A stretch of DNA of 64,000 nt from Octopus bimaculoides (GCF_001194135.2 NC_068985.1:41392757-41456756), one strand, 5' to 3'. Shown: positions 38,497 to 51,599, numbered from the stretch's first letter. Made by a program: numbers and translations. Notes: generated from the sequence alone by a model not told the origin.

Positions 38497-38904
38497 TTTT
38501 CTACTATAGGCACCAGGTGTGAAATTTTGGGGGAGGGAGCTAGTCGATTATATCGATTCCAGTACTCAACTGGTTCTTATTTCATTTACCCCGAAAGGAT
38601 GAAAGATAAAGTCAACCTCGGCGGAATTTGAACTCAGAATATAAGGACGGACGAAAGGCCGCTAAGCATTTTTCCGACGTGCTAACTAGTCTTTTGTACT
38701 CTAGGCACAGGGCCCGAAATTTCGGGGGAGGGGGTCAGTCGATTAGATCAAACTCAGTACGCAACTGGTACTTAATTTATCGACGACAAAAGGATGAAAG
38801 CAAAGTCGACCTCGGTGGAATTTGAACTCAGAACGAAATGACAGACGAAATACCGCTAAGCATTTCGCCCGGTGTGCTAACGATTCTGCCAGCTCACCGC
38901 CTTA
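38497..38904 (-). mobile_element. Head-to-tail SINE-A pair (38497-38690, 38692-38904)
   Basis: Two consecutive bodies in the same orientation. Confidence 0.9.
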
Positions 38905-39479
38905 ACAACAACAACAACAACAACAACAACAATAATACACCGGGGACATTTAACAGAGAGAACACCAATAATAATACACCGAGGGCGCTTAACATGTGAG
39001 AGTGATAAAACACTGCTCCAAAATCTAGCTAAAAACATCGGGAGTAAAGACAGCAAATGGAGCCTAAAATAACTGACAAAATGTTGGACTGTATCCGTGT
39101 AAGTAATTCTCATTAAAATTTATTTCTATTTTCCGAATGTGTCACCTCCATCACTTGTATAACATGTGTAAACACGCTTGTCACACTGACAAAGCGCTGG
39201 ACTACACCCGAGTAAGTACATATTGGACTATATCCGATTAATTGCACATCACAAACACTTAAGTACGTAAACTAATTAATTACGTATACACCCCAGTTTT
39301 CATGAACACATTTTAATATTTCAAAATAACGTTAAGTAGTGTATAAACAAGCGCGTACACACACATAAGCGAATCGAATAAAGACAAATGACAAAGACTA
39401 GTTATTATTGATCACAAAAGCATTAAACAGATATTCGAGGGGTGTAAGAAAAGTTTTGAGCCTAACCTAGAAACGGGGC

Positions 39480-40510
39480 TGCTAGATAGCTGAAACAATG
39501 TAGACTGCACTATGAGAGAAGGTGATTAGGAGTACAAAGAGGAAAAGATCAACAAGTGAGAAGAGAAAGTCCTACACAGAGAATTTGTCCTACAAACATC
39601 CGATGTAGCTGAAAATTGTGTAAATGGCTAGGACATGGACTTTTAAGGGAGATAGATAACTTGCACTTTGCGGCTCAAGAACAACCATAGCGAACCAACT
39701 CTTTCAAGTACAGTATTGATAAGACAGTCGAATGTGTAGATTGTATAGAGATTTATCGGAAACAATCAAACATAAGTGAATGTTCAAAATAGGTCTAGGA
39801 GTAAAAAAAAAGTGCGATGATAAAATTGCACTGTGGGGACACTGGAAGATGTACAGGAGATACATCACCAAGACAAGTGACACGAACATCAACCCTTGCC
39901 AGTCGCAGAGAATGATAAAGTGAAAATGGCGTGAGTCATGACAATCTACACAGATAAGAAACTGCAACACAATCGGTCAGATATCACTCTCCTACCAAAT
40001 GAGACCGAAGAAGGGATCTTCATTTACATAGCAATATTTGTAGAGCGGTGGAGTCGCATGGCTTAGTGGGTAGGATGTTGGACTCATGAGTGTAAGATTG
40101 TGGTTTCGATTCCTGGATCGAGCAATGCCTTGTGTTCTTGAGCAGAACACTTCATTTCACATTCCTCCAGTCCACTCAGCTGGCGAAAATAACGGCATCC
40201 CATCTAAGGGAGGAACATATACGCCATAGAAACCGGGTATTCGGCCTTATGAATTTATATGACTCCGAAAGAAGCTTTCTCTTTTGATCCTTCTTTATTG
40301 CAGAGCAGAACATTAAGGAGACAAAAGGAGAAAACCGAATATTGTCAGGACCTGGCCTTTGAAATGGAGGGCATTAAAAAAAACTTCAAGAATGAGTGTC
40401 ATGCGCATCGTGATTAGTGTACTCGATACCATCTCAGAGAACACATCAGAATTTGTAAGACCATAGAGATGAAAACCCCAGCCAGTCAGCCATATATCAT
40501 ATGAGGTCAC
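39480..40510 (+). mobile_element. Old R4/Dong-like REL element fragment interrupted by SINE-C
   Basis: EKVLHREF, FAAQEQ..RTNS.KYSIDKT, DDKIAL..HWK, TIYTDKKLQHNRSDI. After the SINE: EKTEYCQDLAFEM, VMRIVISVLDTI (decayed PIVIGALGTI). Confidence 0.72.
40045..40260 (+). mobile_element. SINE-C
   Basis: GGAGTCGCATGGCTTAGTGGGTAG (A box), GGTTTCGATTCC (B box), CORE-like TGTGTTCTTGAGCAGAACACTT, and tail CCATAGAAACCGGG..GGCCTTATGA. Confidence 0.8.
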
Positions 40511-41022
40511 TTTGTTTTGACCATCTACCCAAATCGCGTCACAAAAGTAACAAGAAACTAGAGATCATAATCGTTTCCAGTGTTTTTCACGATAACTCTG
40601 TTATTTCTTTATTTTTACATACAGTGGGATATGTCAGGCGTGTGATGCAATAGAACATCTGTTTCCTAGTCCCGTCCTCTGTTTTAAGCCCGATACATAT
40701 AATACCAAATCTCCCTCCACATATCAGCCAGGGAAATTTATGTTCTTTCGATAGCACAAGACCCTGGAACTTTGAAAATACACAAATAGGCTCGATTCTC
40801 GCGCCTGTGCCATTGATTCAGACAAAAATGCGGTTGTTTTTATTACTACTGCAAAAAAGTTGTCTCTTGTGCAAATAATTCACACTAAGACTTCACCTGC
40901 TGATTAGTGATGTTAACAAAGGATGGGAACAAATCCGCACATTAGTCACCGACATTGAAAATTCGAGAATTACTTTCGTTTGGCAAAATGTTGTTCATAT
41001 TGTAGTTACTGGATAAGACAGA

Positions 41023-41463
41023 GAGATGGCTGAATCGTTAGTATGCCGGGAGAAATGCATAGCGGCATTTCATCCGTCTTTATGTTCTGAGTTCAAATTC
41101 CGCCGAGATCGACTTTGCCTTTCTTTCATCATTTCAGGGTCAATAAAATAATTACCAGTGAACAGGGGTCGATGTAATCAACTTAACACCCCACCGTCAA
41201 ATTGCTAGCCTTGTGCCAAAATTTGAAACCAATCTCATTGTTACTGCATAAGGTGGCGAGCTGGCAGAATCATTAGAACACCGGGCGAAATGCTTAGTGA
41301 TATTTCGACCGTCTTAACATTCTGATTTCATTTTCCGTCGAGGTCGACTTTACTTTTCATCATTTCAGGGTCGATGAAATAAAGTATCTGTTGAACACTA
41401 AGGTTGATGTAATCGACTTACCCCTCTGCTGAAATTGCTGGTTTAGTACCAAAATTTTAAATC
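41023..41463 (+). mobile_element. Head-to-tail SINE-A pair (41023-41233, 41249-41463)
   Basis: Two consecutive bodies joined by a ~15-bp linker. Confidence 0.88.
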
Positions 41464-41797
41464 AGTATTGTTTCTTTTTGGGTTTTCGTTGCATAAAATC
41501 TGTGGAAAAACGTTCAACTTCGTGATTTTTGTTTAGGTGGGCGTTCTGATTTGTCATAGTGTGTGTGTGTGTGTGTGTGTGTGTAGACAGATCAAGAGGA
41601 AAAAAACCAGACTTTTTTTTTGTCTGAACCCAAATGGGAAAACTTCCAAATTGTTCCAAGACTTTTTGTACGAGAATTGATTTTAAAAGAAATATTTTTT
41701 ATACAGGTTCACTTGCTAAGATCCATGATGCTTGCGAGCGATACTGCAAAACGTCTGAGCAGGTCACTGGCGATTATTATTACTATTATTACTATTA

Positions 41798-41829
<32 letters not shown>

Positions 41830-42751
41830 ACATAATAATGATAATAATGATATACTGTAATAATATACTGCCAATTAGTCCCTTTCTGAAGGAGAAAGAA
41901 GCATGAGAACAAAAAAAAAAATAAATAAATAAAAGAAAAATACTTTGAAGTAGAACAGGCTCAGAAAAAAATGAAAAATACTTGTGTCGCAAATTCTAGA
42001 AATTTGTATTTCAGCCTTTGTTAATTAAGATCGCCTGTCATAACTTTGTTTTCTCCTTAACAGACGATATATGTGTCAGCAGACGACAGGCAGAATACCC
42101 GCCAAAGATGAACTGATAACAAGACAACGTTAATAGCAACTATAATAGCAGCAACAAAAGCGACGCGTACACTTTGTATCAATCTACAGTTATCCTCCTC
42201 CTCNNNNNNNNNNNNNNNNNNNNNNNNNNNNNNNNNNNNNNNNNNNNNNNNNNNNNNNNNNNNNNNNNNNNNNNNNNNNNNNNNNNNNNNNNNNNNNNNN
42301 NNNNNNNNNNNNNNNNNNNNNNNNNNNNNNNNNNNNNNNNNNNNNNNNNNNNNNNNNNNNNNNNNNNNNNNNNNNNNNNNNNNNNNNNNNNNNNNNNNNN
42401 NNNNNNNNNNNNNNNNNNNNNNNNNNNNNNNNNNNNNNNNNNNNNNNNNNNNNNNNNNNNNNNNNNNNNNNNNNNNNNNNNNNNNNNNNNNNNNNNNNNN
42501 NNNNNNNNNNNNNNNNNNNNNNNNNNNNNNNNNNNNNNNNNNNNNNNNNNNNNNNNNNNNNNNNNNNNNNNNNNNNNNNNNNNNNNNNNNNNNNNNNNNN
42601 NNNNNNNNNNNNNCCTCCTCCTCCTCCTCCACCTTCTCCTCATCCTCCTCCTCCTCCTCATCCTCCACCTTCTCCTCCTCCTCCTCCTCTCTCTCTCTAT
42701 CTCTCTCTTTCTGTCTCTCTCTCTTTCTCTCTCTCTCTCTTTCTTTCTGTC

Positions 42752-42782
<31 letters not shown>

Positions 42783-42876
42783 GTCTCTCTCTATGTGTAA
42801 TATACAGATCTACATACATACATACATACATACAGACAGACAGACAGACAGATAGCTAGCTAGCTAGCTAGCTAGA

Positions 42877-42912
<36 letters not shown>

Positions 42913-43479
42913 TAGATAGAGGGAAAGAGAGAAATAGACTATTCTGCATCTTAAAATCAGAATCAATCTTTCACGTTTATAGTTCGTCTATCTATCTATC
43001 TATCGTTCGCTCATTTCCTTCATTTCCATTGCTTTCTACTCGTTTTCATTCCTTCCGGTTTCTTTCTTTCTCAATCAGTTTCCTTTCATTCATTCAGTTT
43101 ACTTTCATTTGTTTCCTTTCGTTTGCTTTTTTCGTTCCTTTTGTGGAAAGGCTAAACTGCTATTCCTTTGATAAAAAAAGATTTTTAAAAAATGAAAGAC
43201 AGCAAGCGACCAGACCACCACCCCCATTCCGCTTAACCCCTTCCACACTCTACCACAACCTAACTTTTACTTACTCACTTTATCTCTCCCTCCTATTTCA
43301 TTGTTTTTCTGTTTTTCAATATTCTCTCTCCTTCTCGTTGCGTATCTCTCCGTTTCTTTCATTTTAATCCCGACGTCTTCCGTCCACACTTCTCACTCTC
43401 GTTCACTCCTTTCTCTCTCTTTCTTTTCTTTTCCACTTCTTCTTTTCTTCCTGTTATATAGTATTCTCCCTCTCTCTCT

Positions 43480-43519
<40 letters not shown>

Positions 43520-44316
43520 ATATATATATATANNNNNNNNNNNNNNNNNNNNNNNNNNNNNNNNNNNNNNNNNNNNNNNNNNNNNNNNNNNNNNNNNNNN
43601 NNNNNNNNNNNNNNNNNNNNNNNNNNNNNNNNNNNNNNNNNNNNNNNNNNNNNNNNNNNNNNNNNNNNNNNNNNNNNNNNNNNNNNNNNNNNNNNNNNNN
43701 NNNNNNNNNNNNNNNNNNNNNNNNNNNNNNNNNNNNNNNNNNNNNNNNNNNNNNNNNNNNNNNNNNNNNNNNNNNNNNNNNNNNNNNNNNNNNNNNNNNN
43801 NNNNNNNNNNNNNNNNNNNNNNNNNNNNNNNNNNNNNNNNNNNNNNNNNNNNNNNNNNNNNNNNNNNNNNNNNNNNNNNNNNNNNNNNNNNNNNNNNNNN
43901 NNNNNNNNNNNNNNNNNNNNNNNNNNNNNNNNNNNNNNNNNNNNNNNNNNNNNNNNNNNNNNNNNNNNNNNNNNNNNNNNNNNNNNNNNNNNNNNNNNNN
44001 NNNNNNNNNNNNNNNNNNNNNNNNNNNNNNNNNNNNNNNNNNNNNNNNNNNNNNNNNNNNNNNNNNNTTCTCCTCTTCTCTCGTCCAATGATATTTCCTC
44101 TTTTGTCCTTTTACTAGTTTGGAAACAATAAAGCCAGAAAGAGTGTCTTTTATCGGTGAAACATCACGAAATGACAGTTGGTCGTTCAGTGAACACACAC
44201 TTCTACAGCTGCAGCGCTACCGAGCGACTGTTGACGTCATTAATCACTAACTGTCCTAGGCAGCCTCTGAAAGGAAAACGTGAAGCGACAGAAAAAGAAA
44301 AATGAATGAAAGGAAC

Positions 44317-44375
<59 letters not shown>

Positions 44376-44562
44376 TATTGTTTCTGTTTTTCTAGAATTC
44401 CAAGGCTGAAAGGAGGAGTGAAACAAGTAACGTACCTTCAGTTATGCTTTCCAGAAAGGCATGAACGCCACACATTCTCAATGAAGTCTTCTTTTATTAG
44501 CCTGAATGCAAAATGTTTGAAATTAATATATGAGAATGTATGCGTACGCGTGCGAGTACACA

Positions 44563-44626
<64 letters not shown>

Positions 44627-44629
<3 letters not shown>

Positions 44630-44910
44630 TCTTTTTTACTCTTTTTACTTGTTTCAGTCATTTGACTGCGGCCATGCTGGAGCACCGCCTTTAGTCGAGC
44701 AAATCGACCCCAGGACTTATTCTTTGTAATAAGTCTCTTTTGCCGTACCGCTAAGTTACGGGGACGTAAAAACACTAAAGGCACAATGCCTGAAATTTGG
44801 GGGGGGGGAAGGGGTTAGTCGATTACATCGATCCCAGTACTCAACTGGTACTTATTTCATCAACCCAGAAAGGATTAAAAGCAAAGTTTGTCTCGGCGGA
44901 ATTTGAACTC
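44627..44910 (-). mobile_element. SINE-B 3' part (44627-44776) abutting a SINE-A 3' part (44777-44910) cut at its B box by (AAT)n
   Basis: TTGTTTCAGTCATTTGACTGCGGCCATGCTGG..., then AGGCACAATGCCTGAAATTTG...TTTGAACTC|AATAAT. Confidence 0.85.
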
Positions 44911-44944
44911 AATAATAATAGTAATAATAATAATAATAATAATA

Positions 44945-45270
44945 GTGTTAATTGAGAAAGAAAGCAAACGATGTTGGATCATAGATATAGCATGCCCAGC
45001 TGACCACAAGGTGTGCGATAAGGAAGAAAGAAAAGTCGATAGATATGATAGGTTAGCTTGGTAGGTTAAGCAGTTGTGGTCGATGGAAAAGGTGGTAGTA
45101 GTACCAATAACTGTCGGAGCCCTGGGAACAGTGAGTAAAAATCTTGAGAAGTACAAGGAACAAATAGGGGCTGCAATAAGGGTGGAGCACTTGCAGAAAA
45201 CAGCACTGCTTGGAACCGTTAGCACCGTGTACATACATCTCCAGCATTAGAAGTTGTGCAAAAACAATGC
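44945..45270 (+). mobile_element. R4/Dong-like REL C-terminal fragment, flanked by (AAT)n
   Basis: VLIEKESKRCWIIDIACPADHKVCDKEERKVDRY..LW..VVVVPITVGALG..LQKTALLGTV. Confidence 0.88.
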
Positions 45271-45277
45271 ATAATAA

Positions 45278-45332
<55 letters not shown>

Positions 45333-47162
45333 TGACTTTAAGAAGGCATATGATATGATACCTCATTTTTGAATCGTTGAATGCCTGCAGATGTTTGGTG
45401 TTGCTGACAACATCACAAATTTTCTGATGCATGGCATGAAAGAGTGGAAGACCAAATTGTACTCAAGTAATGTATTCCTTGGAGAAGTTAATATTAAAAG
45501 ATAAGGTGACTCGTTTTCTTCGTTACTTTTTGTAATTGCTCTAAGACTAATAAAAATGACAATTAGGAAAGTTAAGATGGGTTACCGATGTGGGAAGAAA
45601 GACCCATCATTGAACCATCTTCTGTTTATGGGTGACCTGAAATTGTTTGGGAAATCTGAAAAACATGATTCCTTAATCAAAACTGACCAGAAGTGTGGTA
45701 GGGACTTCAGTATGGAATTTGGGATCTCCAAATGCTCAGTACTTAATATGAAAAGAAGGAAGAAAGCAGCTTGCAGAGGATTGCGGTTACCATCAGGAGA
45801 GACCATGGGTGAACCTGACGGTAGTGGGTATAGATATTTAGGGATTTGGGAGCTGGATGACATTCTACAAAGAGAAATGAAACTGAAGATCAGCGAGGCG
45901 TATCAAAAAAGGGTGAAGATGGTATTGAAATCCAACCTGAATGCCAAAAATTTGTTTACTGCAATGAATATCTGGGCAGTTGCAGTGGTCAGATATAGTG
46001 CGTCCATCCTCAAATGGACTAAGGAGGAAATATCAACACTGGATAGAAAGAAGAGTAAGTTGATGACGTTGCATGGGCGCTACACTCTAAAGCAAACGTA
46101 AATAGACTGTATATGAAAAGAAAGAATGGTGGTAGAGGACTAACTAGTATAGACCATTGTATAAGGAGTGAAAGGAGAACGCTTGCTGAGTATTTGATAA
46201 ATAGTGATGAAGACCTGCTGCAGTATGCTGCAAAAGATATGGGTGTAAATGCAGATGAAATGATGGGCAAGGAAGAGTTTAACCAAAGAGCTGAGAAGAG
46301 AAAAGAAGACCTTCTTGAAATGAGAATACATGGACAGTTTGAAAGGAATACACAAGACGTTAGGATAATACAGCATCATGGGCATGGCTTGAGCGAGGTG
46401 ATTTGAAGCATACCACCGAAAACCTGATTATTGCTGCACAAAACTGGGCTCTTGCTACCAATTCAGTGAAGTATAACATCTATAAAACTTCTGATACCCA
46501 GAAATGCAGACTCTGTGGAAAGAGTGTGGAAAATGTGACCCACTTGGTAAATGGTTGTGAGAGCCTTGCACAAAAAAGAATAGAAACACCGCCACGATAA
46601 AGTGTGTGTGTGTCTTCATTGGCTCTTATGTCATAAATACCAATATGAAGTAGCAGAGAACTGGTATGAGCATGCACCAAGTAGAGTTATGCAGGAAGAT
46701 GGAAAAGTAACGATACTCTGGGACTGTGATTTTCAGACGGATCGTGTAATCTAATACCGTCGGCCGGATATTGTCATATTGAATAAGAGAGACAAATACT
46801 GTCAGATCATTGATGAAGCCATACCAAATGACATGAATGTTGTGAGTTGTGAGTAAAGAGGTTTAAAAAAATATCAGCGAATACTCCGAATTGAAAGTGG
46901 AAATGGCAAGACTGTATGGAATGCGAGAGGGTAATGTAAAAGTGATACCAATGGTGACCGGAGCGTTGGGCTCAATCTCATTGAAACTTCAAGACTTCTT
47001 CAGGCAACTGGAAATACCATGCAAGAGAGATGTCTTGCAAAAAGCAGCCTTATTGGGCACAGTGCACATCTTAAGGAAAGTATTTTCTGTCTGAGGTCCT
47101 TGTTGCGACTTGACAGATGACTAAAGACTACGGTGCATTTTTACCTACACTGTGTTACGAAG

Positions 47163-47163
<1 letters not shown>
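45333..47163 (+). mobile_element. 5'-truncated R4/Dong-like non-LTR retrotransposon (RT, CCHC, REL, 3' UTR), flanked by (AAT)n
   Basis: IDFKKAYD..PH, GDS.S.LLF, HLLFMGDLKLF, MEFGISKC, YRYLG, LYMKRKNGGRGL, IHGQF, CRLCGKSVENVTHLVNGC, RHDKV, RRPDIVI, IPMVTGALG, LQKAALLGTVHILRKVF*. Confidence 0.95.
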
Positions 47164-47226
<63 letters not shown>

Positions 47227-47394
47227 NNNNNNNNNNNNNNNNNNNNNNNNNNNNNNNNNNNNNNNNNNNNNNNNNNNNNNNNNNNNNNNNNNNNNNNNNN
47301 NNNNNNNNNNNNNNNNNNNNNNNNNNNNNNNNNNNNNNNNNNNNNNNNNNNNNNNNNNNNNNNNNNNNNNNNNNNNAAAAAAAAAAAAAAAATT

Positions 47395-47650
47395 ACAAAA
47401 ACAGTAGGCAACTGCTAAAACCGGCACAGACAAGTCCGACATGTGGGCATATAGTTTATAGGGCAGACCATCCAATCCTGGTGAATTGCGTTCCACGCAG
47501 CGGCCCAGTACATCTTCCATTTCTTCCACTGAAATCGGCTTCTCGCAGCACTGGATATCCTTGTCCGATAGGCGCAGCATACCCTCGAGGTAAGCCTCAA
47601 AGCCCGCTGTCTCAAAAATGTCACAAGTTTGTTTTTCTTTCGTCAAAAAG
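47395..47650 (-). mobile_element. L1/Tx1-clade ORF2 fragment
   Basis: LSDKDIQCCEKPISVEEMEDVL..RNSPGLDGLPYKLY..DLSVPVL. Confidence 0.8.
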
Positions 47651-48852
47651 GTTTTTGACCAACTAAAAGATTCTTGCCTTGGAGCGTTTTAAAATTCTTA
47701 TAGGATTAAACGTAGATTTATACCGTCAAAGGAAAAACTAAGAATCACAGCGGCAAGACATTTTAATTTTCATATGCTTACAACAGTTATCAATATTATT
47801 AAATTCAGAATATTCCTTGATGTTAACCATATCACAGTTATTATCAGGGTTATCAATAATTTCCGAGGTGCCGCTATCTTCGAACATATTTTTGATGCCA
47901 TATATTTTTTAAAAGATTTTCCTGCTATTTCAGTCTTTGCTGTATTCTATGATTTTAGGATCCATTCTTACACCTCATCGATTGTTAGCATTTTCAAACG
48001 ATCTGTTGGGGGTCAAGTCATATGTAAAACCTTCAACAAGTGACTCCAGTTTCTTTTTTATAAATCCTTAAAAAACTTGTCGATGAATACGTCCACTGGT
48101 TGTAATTCGCTTGTTAAAATATTAGGATTATTTCCATTTTCGTCTCTGAATTCATTCTTTACAATAGTTTTATAAGGGAGGCCATGAGAACTCCATGACC
48201 AACTTTTATCTTTGGACAGACGTGAACAAAAGTTACACTTGAGAATTTTCCTTTTGTCAAAGATGGAGCTAATTGTCACAGTTGCCTGATATTGCTGATA
48301 CTAATGCATCGAGTTTCATCACAGAACATCAGAGCACAAATAGGATATGGGGAAAGTATTTGGTTACAATAGCCTTATTATCAATGAGATTTAGCAGATA
48401 ACTTTTATGACATATCCCCCACCCGTTACTTCTTTTGTCATTTGATAATTTCTCTTAAAATCAGTGATATTTGAGGAAAATGGACCTCCATTCTTTTTCC
48501 AAAACCTAAAATTCATACATAATATGCAAATTACTACTAGTCAGTTGGATCGTCTAGTGTCGTCTGCCTATAAACTTTTGCCGTTACGTATATTTTTTTA
48601 TCCCTTTCATAAGTTATCTTAGCTAAACATAATTTATACGCTTCATTCAGAGATCATATACAGGAGTTCAAGTTACTGTCTAGTATAGATAACTCTTTTA
48701 GGGAGTTAAAATTAGCTTATGAAAGATGTAACATTCATCCTTTAGGACGCATGGTAAATTTTTGAGATGTATTCTAGAAAAAATAGCGAATAGCATCCTC
48801 GACGAGGAAATACGGTCAGTTTTGTTTTTTACACGAGCCATATGACCGTTGC

Positions 48853-48919
<67 letters not shown>

Positions 48920-48928
48920 GCCTTAAAT

Positions 48929-49075
48929 CAGTCATGGACAAACTGCGGCCCACGGAACTTTCTGAATGGCACGCCTAAACGAAAGATTACCGTGAATCTT
49001 TTTACTGGTGCGGCTCGCTCGATGATGGGCCATGTTTTATGCGGCTCGCTTTTCGATAAAGGTTACCCATGTCTG
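48929..49075. mobile_element. hAT MITE, 147 bp
   Basis: TIRs CAGTCATGGACAAAC and GGTTACCCATGTCTG. Perfect 8-bp TSD CCTTAAAT (48921-48928, 49076-49083). Confidence 0.9.
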
Positions 49076-49776
49076 CCTTAAATCATATTTAAACAAAACA
49101 CTGTATATGTAGATACACCTTGCGGCACACCATTCAAGAACCAACGCTCTATCTACTCTCTTGAGGAAAGACCGGAGATAAATGTAGAGTCTTTGATACA
49201 ATGTATTTGAAAATACTAAAAAAAAAAAATAAAAAATAATAAAACAAACCAAGATGGCAACGGCGAAAGTGACTTTGATAACATTTCTGTTACATCAGGG
49301 CTGAACAAGGGATATAAAACCACCACACCTAAATACAAACAAATATCGACTACCACCATCACCACTGGTACCGCCACAATCACCTACCACCTTCACCATT
49401 ACAATCATCACCACCCCTACTAACAACAACCATAACAAAATAGGCAACAACAATAACTACTACAACAACAACAAAAACCTTATTTCAATTAATTTATTAA
49501 GTTTTCATAAACATAATTGAGTTTCCTATAATTATATTAAGGAAAATATATACAGCATGGTGTGCAGACACGAAAATGCACACGCGGACATACACGAAGA
49601 TACGCACTCACACACGCGCGCTCTCAAACTTACACGAAATAGGCATACACACATACGTGTGTGTGTGTGTTCATATATATATATATAATTTTTTAATCCA
49701 TGTATACTTGTGTGTGTGTGTACATATATATATATATATTCAAATACGTGAATTATAACGAAACATTTAAACGAAG

Positions 49777-49818
<42 letters not shown>

Positions 49819-50499
49819 CATATACACATTCACACACGTGTACGAAACAAACACTCGTTCTCAAACTCACACATGAACTTTTAAACAAACAAAAGAGCAA
49901 TACCACACATGAAAATATATACACACAAACATTGTTATAATCTCATACATACATACATACAACTACAGCGATGCACGCAGAAATTGATGGACAAAGGCAA
50001 GATCGCCATATTGATATAATACTGTGTATATCGAAAACGTGTATATATAATGTGTTTATCTACAGAGTGTATATAAATCTGATGGATATGGTCTACTTAT
50101 TTAATTATATAGTCGTGTTTCGTTTATCAGTTTATTCAATTAGATTTTATTTCCATTTATCAGATCATTATTGTCAATACACGCATGATTCTACCATCTA
50201 TGGATGTTATCTTTATTTTTTAATTATTTGAATTTTTTTCTATAAAGGGTCTGGCGTCTAACAAAAAGAAAAAAAACGCCATCACTGGAACTGAAATAAT
50301 AACAACGCTGCAAAGCCATTAGTTGAATTTTAGAGAAGTCTTGCATTTTTTCTTTCACTGTTCGGCTGATAGATTATGTCTATAAAGTACTTGAGGGCTG
50401 GTAACTTAGTTAAAAACCTCAAGTTTGAGGCAAATGTTTTCTGTGTGTGAATGTGTTCCGTAACGTGAATCTTCGTTTTCCGTATTGTACTTCCGATGT

Positions 50500-50955
50500 A
50501 ATATTGGTTTCAAATTTTGGCAGAAGGCCAACAAGTTCGGGGTAGAGGGTAAGGCGATTACATCGACCCCAGTGCACAACTGGTACTTACTTTATCGACC
50601 CCGAAAGGATGAAAGGCAGAGTCGACCTTGGCCGAATATGAACTCAGACTGTCAAGACGGACGAAATGTCTAAGTATTTTGTCCGGCATGCTAACGATTC
50701 TGCCATCTCTCCGCCTTAGGCATGTCATGTATTGGTTTCAAATTTTGGCAGAAGGTCAGCAAGTTTAGGGAACGGGTTAAGTCGATTACATTGACCCCAG
50801 CGCTTAACTGGCACTTTTTTTATTTTTATTGATCCGGAATGAGTGAAAGGCAAAGTCGACCTCGACCGAACATGAACTGAGAACGTAAAGACGGACGAAA
50901 TACCTCTAAGCATTTCGTCCGGCGGGCTAACGATGCTGTCAGCTCGCCGCTTTAA
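50500..50955 (-). mobile_element. SINE-A dimer (50500-50718, 50728-50955) inside one 19-bp direct repeat
   Basis: ACTTCCGA(T/C)GTAATATTGG at 50489-50507 and 50956-50974. Confidence 0.9.
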
Positions 50956-51599
50956 ACTTCCGACGTAATATTGGCCACATTATTACATCCTATGAGAACC
51001 GTTAACTTCATCTCCCACCATAGCTGGAACCTGACAGGTACTACTACTCCAGGTTAGAGAAAAACTGGGAACAATAGTGGCTAAAAGGTGGTTCCGCACT
51101 TCTCAAAATACTGGAACTCCTGAACTAGGGCCCCACGACAGGATGCAGTTTAAGGTCATATTCTGAGTAGTAGCATCTCTCAGCGTCCCAGCTATGAGTT
51201 CATTAGCAAACCACGAAATTGCCTTCGCTAGAAGATTACTCATAAACACCCCAACGGACCTAGGACAAGTGAGGCCCTTCAGTTCTTTAGCAGCTCAGCT
51301 AAGTAAAGTAACTCCATACAAATCCTGCATCCTGATAACTACTGACCTCTTGTATGTTACTTGTTACACGGGATCAATACAGGCTGGAAAGACGAGAGAG
51401 TGGGACTGGCTCTGCACAAACCATATCCACTATAATAATATTTATCGTGCAGGTTGTTCAGGAAACTAAAACAACCAACACTAACACAACATTTCACAAG
51501 TCCTGGCGTGGTAGAGAAAGAGACAACGAGGACAGTAGTGGATGCTACTGGACGTCTTCAGCTTTGACTCTGTACACAGGCGGCCACAGAGTAAAGGTC

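Noticed and set aside
38934-39115. Possible further REL C-terminal relic after (AAC)n
   Set aside because: Motifs are too degraded to call; only a short 36-bp quasi-tandem duplication is clear.
39436-39470. Isolated mariner TIR-like sequence TTCGAGGGGTGTAAGAAAAGTTTTGAGCC
   Set aside because: No partner TIR or transposase sequence nearby; too short to support a feature.
42057-42203. Minus-strand ORF end with a hydrophobic stretch (VAFVAAIIVAINVVLLSV), and a strong plus-strand acceptor at 42062
   Set aside because: The hydrophobicity derives from AAC/AGC-rich low complexity. All three plus frames stop within about 25 codons of the acceptor.
51020-51165. Segment resembling a LINE2/SINE-type 3' tail
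   Set aside because: Single degenerate copy here, recognised only from memory, and not verifiable within the window.
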